Assembly: GCF_006345805.1 (NCBI RefSeq)
Contig: NC_043006.1
Location: forward strand, 58,776,001-58,840,000
Direction of reading: 5' to 3'
DNA: 64,000 nt
Source of the DNA: Octopus sinensis
Lineage: Eukaryota
Positions within the stretch are counted from its first letter, which is position 1, and every line of letters starts with the position of its first letter. The notes below the pieces were generated by a model. That model did no database searches. It was not told the DNA's origin and worked only from the letters and a program-made list of their open reading frames with translations. The translations under genes were made by a program, and so were the position numbers. Of this stretch, positions 28,205 to 39,164 are shown in pieces.

Positions 28205-29380
28205 GTCTTTGGAACTGCGATGGATGCAAAAGTTGCCACAACATATGCCAACTTTGTTATATATGGATAAGCTAAGACAAAGTATGATATCAACTTCCAG
28301 AATTATCAGATGAAAAATTGGAAACGATATTTAGATGACTGCCTTATTCTCTGGATTTACAACCCAGCTTAACTCAATGATTTCTAATTCCTACTCTGAA
28401 GCATCAATAGCAGCATTTAGTTCACCATGGAATTTAGCTGTAGCCAACTTCCATTCTTAGACATTTTGGTTATTAAGACTGACAGGATCAAAGACATCAA
28501 CTACAAACCAACGGACTCTAAACACTACCTACTATTTTCTTCATATCATCCAAAACCCTAACCCTAACCCTAACCTAATCCAATATACCATTTAACCTAA
28601 ATCGAAGAATCCTAATAATTGTTTTCAATCTGGATGTTTAGAATTAAAGACTCTTTGAATTAAAATAAGCATTACTTGAAAGGAAGTACCCGTCTACTCT
28701 AATAGAGAACGCGCCACAGCAATATACATTAAAGAATTACGAAAAGCCAAAAGCAGTTCAGATACACCCAAAACTCTATCTTAATTACAATTCACATCCA
28801 AGAAGCATGGAAACATTCTGCATTATCCATCAAAACCTACCATCATTAAGCCAAGACCCAAGAATGAAAAAGGTGCTTGAATCATAAAAAATAATAAAAT
28901 GCCCCAAAAAGTTACAAATAACAAAAGTCCCTAAAAACTACTTACCAACATGAAAGTACCAACTACGGAGTCAAGTCCAACAGTTGAAAAGTATGGTTGT
29001 TCCAACTGTGGAACTCGTGAAAACATAACTTGTGAGGACATTACTTTAAATCAGGACACGTTTTTCGTGTGAAAAATAATTTTAATAGTTCTTAAAAACA
29101 TTAATATATGCCATCAAATGCAATGAATTCAAGGAAGACTACGTTGGACAGACTAAACTCACAATGAAAACTAGATTAAATATTTATCGTCAGCAAATAG
29201 ATGATTCCAAAACTAGACAAAGCCAAATTACTGAACATCTGGACATATGCACGGAAGCCAAATCTCCCAAATTTCTTGTCTTCCCACTCTATCAATATAC
29301 AGACAATACCACAGACGAAACAAGAATTAATAAAGAAGGTTCGTTTATGAAAAAAAAAAAAAATACAGGACACTACTGAA
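28205..29380 (+). mobile_element. Penelope-like element remnant (RT + GIY-YIG endonuclease), pseudogenised
   Basis: GTAMDAKVATTYANF; RYLDDCLILW (28325-28354); FTMEFSCSQLPFLDILV; YKPTDSKHYLLFSSYHPK; SNIPFNLNRRI; GCSNCGT; GIY-YIG LIYAIKCNEFKEDYVGQTKLTMKTRL (from 29101). Confidence 0.9.
28554..28578 (+). repeat. Short interstitial telomeric repeat AA(CCCTAA)3CCTAA inside the PLE ORF
   Basis: CATCCAAAA-CCCTAACCCTAACCCTAACCTAA-TCCAATATACC interrupts the HPK...SNIP reading frame. Confidence 0.8.
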
Positions 29381-29702
29381 CAGGCTATTGGGTCAGTAAT
29401 ACAGAATTCTCCTTTTCCTGTGAATGAATTATTGGATGAATTAACTATCATATCGATATTGATAACCTGGCGTTAGAACACAATATACTTATGCTTCAGA
29501 ACGAAGCATCAGTCGAATACAGAGCGCTAATTAGAGATTAGAATGACAAGGAATAAAAAAAATTATGTTATGAAGTCCATTAGCTTACATCTAATAGGGT
29601 GATATTCAAGCATTCAACAATGAGTTGAATGCTTATAACAGAAACAGCCGTAAGATAATGAAGTTGATAATACAACTGGTTATTCTTTAGTCATTCTAAT
29701 TT

Positions 29703-29749
<47 letters not shown>

Positions 29750-29875
29750 TATAAAGTTAATCCAAACAAGAAAACAAAAAGACAACAACGCGAGGATGTG
29801 GAACAATTAAAGTATTATTGGGATGTGGAACAATTAAAGTATTATGGGCGCTCAGGAAAAAAGGGAAGAAGGAGG

Positions 29876-29910
29876 GTATGACGTTTCGAGCGGAGCTCTT
29901 CGTCGGAAAC
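29876..29910 (-). ncRNA. Hammerhead variant motif (CCGACGA core; GAGC-tcc-GCTC family)
   Basis: GTTT CCGACGA A GAGC TCC GCTC GAAA CG T C ATAC, within a ~200-bp repeat (29750-29960) that recurs at 38165-38370. Confidence 0.55.
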
Positions 29911-30032
29911 ATAGGAGAAAGAAAGATCCCGAGGTGGGAGGACAGAGGGAAAAAATGCAAGTGGTCTTCACGAGGTCAACATACTGAAAAGCTATTGAAA
30001 GCATATTAAAAAGCTATATATATATTGAAAAG

Positions 30033-30073
<41 letters not shown>

Positions 30074-33000
30074 CATATACTGAAAGATGGATTAAGTCTA
30101 TGAAGAAAGTAGACCGTGGTGGGGATTTGAACTCAAATCGTAAACAGTCGGAACACATACTTCTCAACATTAGGCCAACGTTCTTGCAGTTCCAACAACC
30201 CACCATCTTGGACTGGTATTTCCGCAAAGCATTATGTCTGATTTAAATGTTAGCTTAAAACTATCCATCCTAACTACTTAAAAATTATTGGAAATAGCGA
30301 GGGAATTTTTTTTTATATTTAAGAAAGAATAAAATAATGTTTCATTCAAATATATGATGGCTGAGTTTTGAGTTATAGGGAAAGTGACATAAAACAGAAC
30401 TACGTTAAAACTATTCCATGGCTGTACAATAGATTTATAATTTTTGTAATTGCAATACTTATGAATGTAAATTACATTCAGCTATCGATCACATGTGGTA
30501 TATGAAAGGGTGCCATAAAATACACTAAATTGCTGAACGCATGTAGAGATATATTACCTAATAGTACAAGATAGTTTCGACTATTGATGACAGGTGTAGA
30601 TATTGTAGTTAGTAGTATAAGATACAGTCAAATACTGACCATGTGTGAAGATAGAGTAGCAGTACAAAGTAATACTGTTAAACAGATTCAAATACTGAAA
30701 ATTTTATCATGATATAAGAGCAGTGAAGTACAAATTACATATATAGATATAGTTATTGGCAGTTATTTCCTCATTATTATAAGCGCTTTCGTTCCTTTCT
30801 CGAACTTGTGAAATATAATTTTGTGAACGTACACACAGCTTGTTCATTTATATAAAACATGTTTTTTTGGGTTTTGTTCAGAAGAGAACATTGTTTTTGT
30901 CTTTTTGGGTGAGGTTCCATGGCAATGGAGATGGATAGATAGAAATATAGATAGGCTGATAGATAACTAGATAGATAAGTAAATAGATAGATAGTCAGAC
31001 AGATAGATAGATAGGTAGAGGGAGAGAGAGAAGGATGATTCCCCTTCCTATTCACCATTCGTTTATTTATATAGTTATTGACCATTGTAAAAAATCGAGT
31101 GCGGTGTCATCACTGAAAGTATTTTTGCTTTCTTTCTCTCTTTCCCTTTCCTTCTTTTTGCAGCGACAGAAAATTCAAAATGTTCCCCTTTTACAAATGT
31201 GCACGGGACAATCCACAATACCAAAAAAGAAAAGCTGCTAAGCATTTTGTTTGACACGCTAACAATATGTATAAGTGCATGTATGTGTAATGTCATGATT
31301 TGATACCAGTGATTTCAGCTGGTAAAAATGAATAGTAGCGGTAATTCAAAGGATTAACCTTGCTCCATTCTGTGTTAGCTGAATCTCCCCGAGTGCTACG
31401 TCAAAGGCACGTGTGTTTGTAGAGTACTCAACTGCACGTTAATTTCACGAGCATGCTGTTCCGTTGATCGGAACAAATGGAACACTCGTCATCGTCGTCG
31501 CAACCGACGGAGTGCCAGTTGTTGAGCAGGACAGAATACATTTCAAAGCAAGAATACATTTCAAGGCGGCGAGCTGGCAGAAACGTTAGCACGCCGGGCG
31601 AAATGCGTAACCGTATTTCATCTGCCGCTACGTTCTGAGTTCAAATTCCGCCGAGGTCGACTTCGCTTTTCATCCTTTCTGGGTCGATTAAAAAAGTACC
31701 AGTTACGCACTAGGGTCGATATAATCGACTTAATCTGTTTGTCTGTCCTTGTTTGTCCTCTCTATGGGTAGTAAAGAAATAGAAATAGGTATTCCGTCTG
31801 CCGTTACGTTCTGAGTTCAAATTCCGCCGAGGTCGACTTTGCCTTTCATCCTTTCGGAGTCGATAAATTAAGTACCAGTTATACACTGGACTCAATGTAA
31901 TCGACTTAATCTGTCCTAGTTTGTCCCCTCTATATTTAGCCCCTTGTGGGCAATAAAGAAATAAGAATACATTTCAATGCAGTCCATACATATAGAGTAA
32001 TCTCTTTTTGTTTAGATTCATTAAAGCTTTGATGAGTATTGAGTCAATATTTCTTCCAGTTATATATCAAATCAGGAGAAAGAAAAACACATCGAACTTT
32101 GCCCTACTTTTTGGTATTTACTTTGTTTAAAGTATATATGTATCGATATAAAAAAATGATTTTTCTGTTTCTTTCAAATATTTTCTCTAATTATTGTTGC
32201 TGTTCTCATTAAATGCTTTCTGAATGGAAACTTTCGTTGTCTTTTATCGTAAAATTTACACTGGTTGAACAGATTTGATTGTTTACAACTGAATTCACTG
32301 AAGAAAATCAAATGGAATCAAATAATGATTGATTGATTTTTAAATGTTTCACTGAGATGAATCAGATCACCGCCACTAGCATAAGCGCTACCAGCAGCGC
32401 CACCAGCGATACCAGCAGAACCAACACCACTACGACCACATTAGCATCACCAACACTACCAGTATCACCAGTATAACATCACGAATATCCTCTTTTACCA
32501 CCACCTCCTCTACTTCTTCCTTTCCCTACACCTCCTCTTCATCATCATTCCCAGACCTATCTTGCTATATCACTAACGTCGTTGATAGACCTGCTAAAAA
32601 GTGCAACGAATTATCCCTAAAATCGGATCCCACCATTTAAAAAAATGCATTTGACAATGTAGTCTCTAATACACATTCAAAAAGTTATGATGGTCAAAGT
32701 TGGAACGCCTTTGATGATAGGGTTGATCCGAGTCTGAACAACAGCAACTTGGGAACATAGTAAGTAGTGTTGCTTGACCAAACGTTAAGTCCGACATATT
32801 TTAAACGAGGTGATGTTGTTACTGTTATTGCTCTTGTTGTTTAGCACTAGGACATTCCTGATCAGACAGATCTATGATTCTAACTGGGACCATCTCGTCT
32901 TTTTAGGGTTATTGAGATTATATTAATTGTTCTGTTTTGTTGTAACAAGCTTCAAAACATCTAGCAGTTGAGTATTTCAAAGTTAACACGTTTTTCTTCT

Positions 33001-34604
33001 TTAGGGCATGTGTAAAGAGGAACCTTTTCTGAGGAGCTTCAACTCCTCAGAATATGAGGAAGAAGCTTCTCGATCAATTTGATCGTTTATACATCAGGCT
33101 TTACATGCATAGTCAAAGTGTGAGCACAGAACCAACTGGTCGTTGCTATCGTGCCGAACACTAGGCCATACCTTATGTTATATATAAGGAAACCTCTGCA
33201 AGCTAATAGGGTATGAAGATCACTCAGCTACATGGAAGTTATTGGCAAACATGCATTACATGAAATTGAGTTCTTACCAAGGCTAATGGTAGACAGACAT
33301 CCCTGGCAGAGCATTATAAGAAGCATCTCTGTTACGGCTGTTTGAAGAAGATTATATCACCTAATGTCCTCTCAGGGTGGCTAGCTGGCAAAATCATTAG
33401 CACGCCAGCCAAAGTGTTTAGCGTCGTTTCGATTGTCTTTATATTCTGAGTTCAAATTCCGCCGAGGTCGACTTCGCCTTTTATTGTGGTCAATAAGATA
33501 AATACCAATTGAGCATCGGCGTTGATGCAATCGATAGACTCCCTTCCCACACTCCAAATTTCAGACCTTGTTCCTATAATAGAAAGTATTATGCAATGTG
33601 TCCTTTTTTCAAGACATTAGGGCGTGATTTGAGGGGTATTTGGCTGCAATTTCAAGCAGGTCGAGACATCACGGACGGAAAACTACGTTTGCTCGTATTC
33701 TAAATTTAATTCTGGGTTATCCCTAATCGAGCATATCTATAAGCAAAGGCATGCCAGTCGCAACCATTCTGTTAATATAAAGGCAGCTGAGGTATTGTTT
33801 CTGTAAGACAACAGGGCGCGGATGGAAAAAGATTTAGCTGCTATTTCTAGTAGATCAAATAGAGGCGTAATGAGGTAGAGGACTAACTGTATCTGCTACA
33901 TTTATTGATTTCACCAAATGCGTTCGTGGTGTAAGTGAAATTACTTGAACAGCTGGGAATCGAAACCGCATCGCATACTTCTACCATGCTGTTGGTTATT
34001 TGTACAGAGATTATATTGCCGGCGTTATTGATAGAATTAATCGAAACGTAATGGCTGTGGAAATGCCTTTATCAATATGCTGGACATTGAACTTAGGGTG
34101 TTAGGGAAGCATAAGCAATAGAACGCTGTTGTATTTACTTTGATTCTTGCATGTTCTGAGTTCAAATTCCACAGGGGGCGATTTTGCTATTTTATTTATC
34201 CGTGATGTGAGAAAATAAGTTGCAGTTATGGAGAGATACACCGTATATCCCAAACCTCATTACTGGAAAATGTATGTTTTTTTTGTAGAGAACTGTTGCA
34301 GCTTACAATATCTACACACACGACTACACATATACACAACACAAGTATGCATATATACACACACACGTGTAAAAATACATGCATCTCATCCTTGCACGTC
34401 GACATTATATATATATATATATATATATATATAATGTTTAATTAAATGATGTAGCGTGAAACTATCATACCAAATTACCGAAGACATTCTTGTTGCTTAT
34501 TTTGATTATAATCACTCCATGGATTTATATGGATAACACCGTACAAAATTCTGGTGCATCTGACTTAAGTACCATATTCATTTGAATCTAAATTTTGCTG
34601 AAAG

Positions 34605-34641
<37 letters not shown>

Positions 34642-34689
34642 ATATACATACACACACACACATTTATATATGAAATTTTGAATTTAGTT

Positions 34690-34760
34690 CACGGACCCCA
34701 AGTACTACCTTTGCGGACCATCAGTAGTTCGCGGGTCCCAGGTTGGGAACCACTGCTCTA
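34690..34760 (-). mobile_element. Probable hAT-type (Charlie-like) transposon terminus
   Basis: GTTGGGAACCACTGCTCTAG is the reverse complement of a CAGTGGTTCCCAAC-type TIR. No partner end was identified. Confidence 0.4.
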
Positions 34761-35398
34761 GTCCATAGACGTTCTGGTACTACAGTGGTATTGACGTGCC
34801 TATTCATTGTGAATATGTTCCAGTAGATCCGAAACAGAATATACTAATCACTGTTGTGTTTCATCTTCAGAGAACATCTTCTTTGAGATAATGTGTGTTC
34901 ACAACACACTCTGAGACACTTTGGTTTTTTTTTCGGCCTAGTTGTGTCTCTTTATTCGAAGCTACTCATAGAATAAAAAATTTAAACAAGAATTCAACAA
35001 ATAACTTATTTGTTTATGTGTGTTGATGTATACCAGACCGATAACAAATCGTTATGTGCACGTAGAACAGCTAAAATCAAAGCAATGACGTATATAATTA
35101 TTCTTAATACATTCTGGTATATTCGAACATGAACATACTAATCACTGCCGCATTTTGTCTTTAGAGAAAACTTCTCATTTCAGTCAAAGCCAGTAATTTT
35201 AGGAGGATAAGTCGATTATATCGATACAAGTGACTGACTGGTACCATATTTTATTGATCCCGATAAAATAAAAGACAAGGTCGATCTAGGCGGAATTTTG
35301 AGCTCAGAACGTAAAGAACAGGGAGAAATACTGAAAACATTTGGTATGGTTTGCTAATGATTCTGTTGGCTCACCATTTTGGTAACAGTAATAATGGT

Positions 35399-35724
35399 AC
35401 ACTGTTTCCATTATTTACATTTGACGGATATTTGTCCTCATCTTGTTTGTTGTTAACACAACTTTTCGGCTGATATACCCTCCAGCCTTCATCAGGTGTC
35501 TTGGGGAAATTTCGAACCCGGGTTCTCATTCCTAATGTATTTTTCGATCTTATTATTATTATTATTATTATTATTCAGGTCACTGCCTGGAATCGAACAC
35601 GGAATCTTGGGGTTAGTAGCCCGCACTCTTAACCACTACGCCATATGAAGGCTGGAAGGTTTATCAGCCGAAACGTTGTAAATAATGTAAATGATGTACA
35701 TAATTCCTCATCTCTTAAATATAG
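35399..35724 (-). mobile_element. tRNA-headed, hammerhead-carrying retroposon with an inverted partial duplication and a 15-bp TSD
   Basis: TSD AACAGTAATAATGGT at 35384-35398 and 35725-35739. A box at plus 35633-35643 and B box at plus 35589-35598. HHR at 35455-35500; inverted partial HHR on the plus strand at 35645-35678. Confidence 0.85.
35455..35500 (-). ncRNA. Minimal type-I hammerhead ribozyme motif in the SINE 3' part
   Basis: GACAC CTGATGA A GGCTG gagggtatat CAGCC GAAA AG T T GTGTT. Stem I GACAC/GUGUU; stem II GGCUG/CAGCC. The inverted sister copy retains the palindromic GAAACGTT. Confidence 0.75.
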
Positions 35725-36580
35725 AACAGTAATAATGGTGACAGATTTTGGCACAAGGTCAGCAAGTTTAGGGTAGAGGGATAGTTGATTACAGGGATCC
35801 AGTGCCCAACTGACACATTTTTATCGACCCCGAAAGCAGGAAAGGCAACTTTGAACCGAGAAAGTAAAGAACTAGATGAAATATTAAATACCGCACGGCA
35901 TTGCTCGTCCTGTGTTTTAACAATTCTATCAAGTAGGCGTATATGTTCTTTGATTTATTTGTTATAACAGTTGTTATCGATTCTCAAATTCCAAACCAGT
36001 GAGTGAAACAAAAGCGAGTGAAACAAACCAGAACCTCTACATGTTGGTATGTTAATGAATAAAGATTTCTGAGAATGGTACAGAGCATGAAATCTTTTGG
36101 AAGTGAGAGAGTGAGAGAGGAGGTAGGAAAAAGAGGTGAGAAAGAAAGAATAAATTTATTTCTTTATTGCCCACAAGGGGCTAAACACAGAGGGGACAAA
36201 CAAGGACAGACAAAGGGATTAAGTCAATTACATCGACCCCAGTGCGTAGCTGATACTTTATTTATCGACCCCGAAAGGATGAAAAGCAAAGTCGACCTCG
36301 GCGGAATTTGAACTCAGAACGTAACAGCAGACGAAATATCGCTAAGCATTTCGCCCGGAGCGCTAACGTTTCTGCCAGCTCGCTGCCAAAAGACAGAAGA
36401 AATAGTCGATCGAACTGATCTCAGTAAAAAAGCATGCTTATGTGTTTAAGAATTTCGACTCGTAATCACGTGGTTTGGAGCTCGATCCCACGAGGTACCA
36501 TGGACAAATGTTTCCTACCATATATTCGTTTTGACCAATGTATTATGAGAGACATTAGATAAGGTAGTAATGTATTGTCA

Positions 36581-36612
<32 letters not shown>

Positions 36613-36738
36613 TATACACATACATACGCACATATGCAAACTCACATATGTGGGAAAGATGCACTTACTGTGCGACAAATTTACCGTTCAGACAATTTTT
36701 TTTTTTTAGTATTAACGTTAAGTACTCACCACTACTAC

Positions 36739-37555
36739 CATGGCATTCCAGAAAAATAGGACGAATGCTGCCGTTGATTAGCTCCAAGAGGCCATCGCCT
36801 CTAGCTAGCTATGTGACACACGAACCTGTGTCCATTATAATCTTCGAACAAGGGAGGTCAGCCACTTCCCCTTGCTGGTCTGGAATCTACAGACTAGTTT
36901 CAGGATATTTGCCCTTTATCAATGTAGAGCAGCTGAACCAAGCAGGCGTCGCTACTGACCGTCTGTTCGAAGGATTACTTACCTAAATTCAGTGGAATAC
37001 ATCCATTGGTTTTCAAAAATAGAAATATCTTTATATATAAAAGAGAAGTTGTGTGTCTGTCTCCTACGATTTAGATTCCTAACTACTCCCACATTTTGCG
37101 GTGCAGTTTAACCAAAACCGGGTATCTTATAGTCGTGATTCATATCGAGCCCTTCTGGGTATTAGCGCGCGTCTACGATGAGTCTACGATTTAAAAAAAA
37201 ATTACCATCATTTCTTTCCATTTTAATGCATTATTTTCGCTATTATATAAGGGAAGTAACTCTCTAAAAATGTCTACGATGAGACAACGATTAAAAAAAA
37301 AGATTTACCATCATTTTATTCCATTTTTAATGCATTTTTTTGCTATTTTTTGGCTATAACTCTCTAAAAATGCTTATATAGTTATTTCCCTTACAAACCC
37401 GAGCAACGCCGGGCGATACTGCTAGTTAATATATAACCTTCGAATAGGGGAAGGTTATAATGGACACAGGTTATGTGTCACATAGCTAGTTAGAGGCGAT
37501 GGCCTCTTGGAGCTAATCATCGGCACCATTGGTCCTATTTTTCTAGACTGCCATG
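36739..37555. repeat. Pair of ~106-bp inverted repeats (36739-36846 and 37450-37555) enclosing the Helitron
   Basis: CATGGCA...GATTAGCTCCAAGAGGCCATCGCCTCTAGCTAGCTATGTGACACA...CCTGTGTCCATTATAA is mirrored on the opposite strand. Confidence 0.85.
37028..37425 (+). mobile_element. Non-autonomous Helitron (398 bp)
   Basis: A|TC 5' end (TCTTTATATATAAAAGAG), subterminal hairpin CCCGAGCAACGCCGGG (37398-37413), CTAG|T 3' end, and an internal ~100-bp tandem duplication. Confidence 0.88.
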
Positions 37556-38042
37556 TTAGCTTGGTGATAACTATTAATATCCAGTACCGCTGCCGTAGAA
37601 TCCTTTTAGAGAGACTTAGAAATATTAATATTTCTACTCACCACTACGTGATCTCAGAAACTTTTATGAGAACTAAGAAGAGAAACAACGTAATATCAAG
37701 AGCACATCAAAAATGAGAGTAAAAATATTGGTATGAATTTGATATTCCTTTATTCATCACTAACAAGTGTTTCAATATTTGGCAATTAAGTAATGATGTC
37801 ACACTATAAGTGCAACCCATAGATGCAACTTCTAACTGCAGTATACAGTGTTCGAGGAGGTGTCTGATTTTGATATTCATCCTGAACTTATAAGCTGCAT
37901 CTATGGATTGCACTGATAGTGTGACATAATTAATTAATTACCGAATACTGAAACATATGTGGAAGAAGAAATAAATACCAAGTTCATGCTCATGTTCTTC
38001 TCCCATTCTGTATCCCCCCACATACATACATACATACATACA

Positions 38043-38078
<36 letters not shown>

Positions 38079-38260
38079 TATATGTATGTATATATCTATA
38101 TCCATATCTATCTATCTATCTATCTGTCTGGTGGTATACACGCACATATAGATGTATGCATATATATAAAGTTAATCCAAACAGGAAAGCACAAAACAAC
38201 ACAACAACGCGAGGACGTGGAACAATTATAGTATTATTGGACGCTCAGGAAAGAACGAGG

Positions 38261-38295
38261 GTTCAACGTTTCGAGCGGAGCTCTTTGTCGGAAAC
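38261..38295 (-). ncRNA. Hammerhead variant motif, second copy of the 29876 family (G8 mutated)
   Basis: GTTT CCGACAA A GAGC TCC GCTC GAAA CG T T GAAC. Confidence 0.5.
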
Positions 38296-38507
38296 ATAGG
38301 AGAAGGAAAGATCCAGAGAAGGGAAGACAGAGGAAAAAAATCGCCAACGGTACACACGCGGTCATATATATATAAACATACATATACATGTACATACATA
38401 CACAGACACACACATACGAACACACACATATATTAAAACATATATATCTATATATAACCTGTCTCATAACCTGTCCGACGAACGGGAACGTGAAACTCTG
38501 ACGTGTG

Positions 38508-38578
<71 letters not shown>

Positions 38579-39128
38579 TGTGTGTGTGTGTGTGTCTGTG
38601 TGTGTGTGTGTGTGTCTGTGTGTCTGTGTGTGTGAATGAAAGGAACGACAGAAGTAATCAAGCACCATAAATGTTTCAGAAAGGCACTGAATACACGTTA
38701 TGTAACATTAAAAACTCTTTATAGCTATCCAATGCCTTTTCTCTTTGGGTACATACAACTCTTCTGTTGGAAATTAGTTTGCTGTGACTATTGCATAATA
38801 AGCAACATTGTTTGCTTTCGATTTGGAGTTGTATAGCATTTGTTATCTTATCGAAATTTTTTGTTTAATTTCGATATGGGACGATCTGTATTTGAATCAT
38901 TTATTGATAAACTTTATTGATCAATTATCGTTTCTTTTGTATTTTCTATACAAGCCTTGTTTGTTAAGCAACTGTTTTTACCAAGATTGAATGGTTCCAA
39001 CTGCATATATATACATACATATATATATATATATATATAGTTGAAATCTACACAAAAACAAAAGACGAAAACAGGTCTATGAATCACAAGCAGGTGTATT
39101 AGTTTGACGTTCGGGAAAGTGAGAAAGT

Positions 39129-39164
39129 CTTTTACGTTTCGAGCCTATACTCTTCATCAGAAAG
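39129..39164 (-). ncRNA. Intact-core minimal type-I hammerhead ribozyme (36 nt) in a tandem dimer of ~200-bp units (39040-39400)
   Basis: CTTT CTGATGA A GAGT ATAG GCTC GAAA CG T A AAAG. Stem I CUUU/AAAG; stem III is the palindrome ACGU; predicted cleavage after GUA. A degenerate second unit lies at about 39325-39365. Confidence 0.75.

Noticed and set aside
30785-30835. GTTC/GAAC-GAAAGCGCTT hammerhead-like relic on the minus strand
   Set aside because: Stems and a palindrome are present but the CUGANGA core is unrecognisable, so it was not counted.
33040-33330. Possible RTE 3' remnants (also about 11716-11900) and an APE remnant (about 47040-48420)
   Set aside because: Only faint motif resemblance; too decayed to call as features without a profile search.
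36983-37027. Candidate upstream TARP exon FENQWMYSTEF with a strong AG|GTAAGT donor
   Set aside because: Superficially like TDYWLY, but it ends in phase 2 (the next exon needs phase 1), has no acceptor or TM1, and lies inside a fold-back repeat next to a Helitron.
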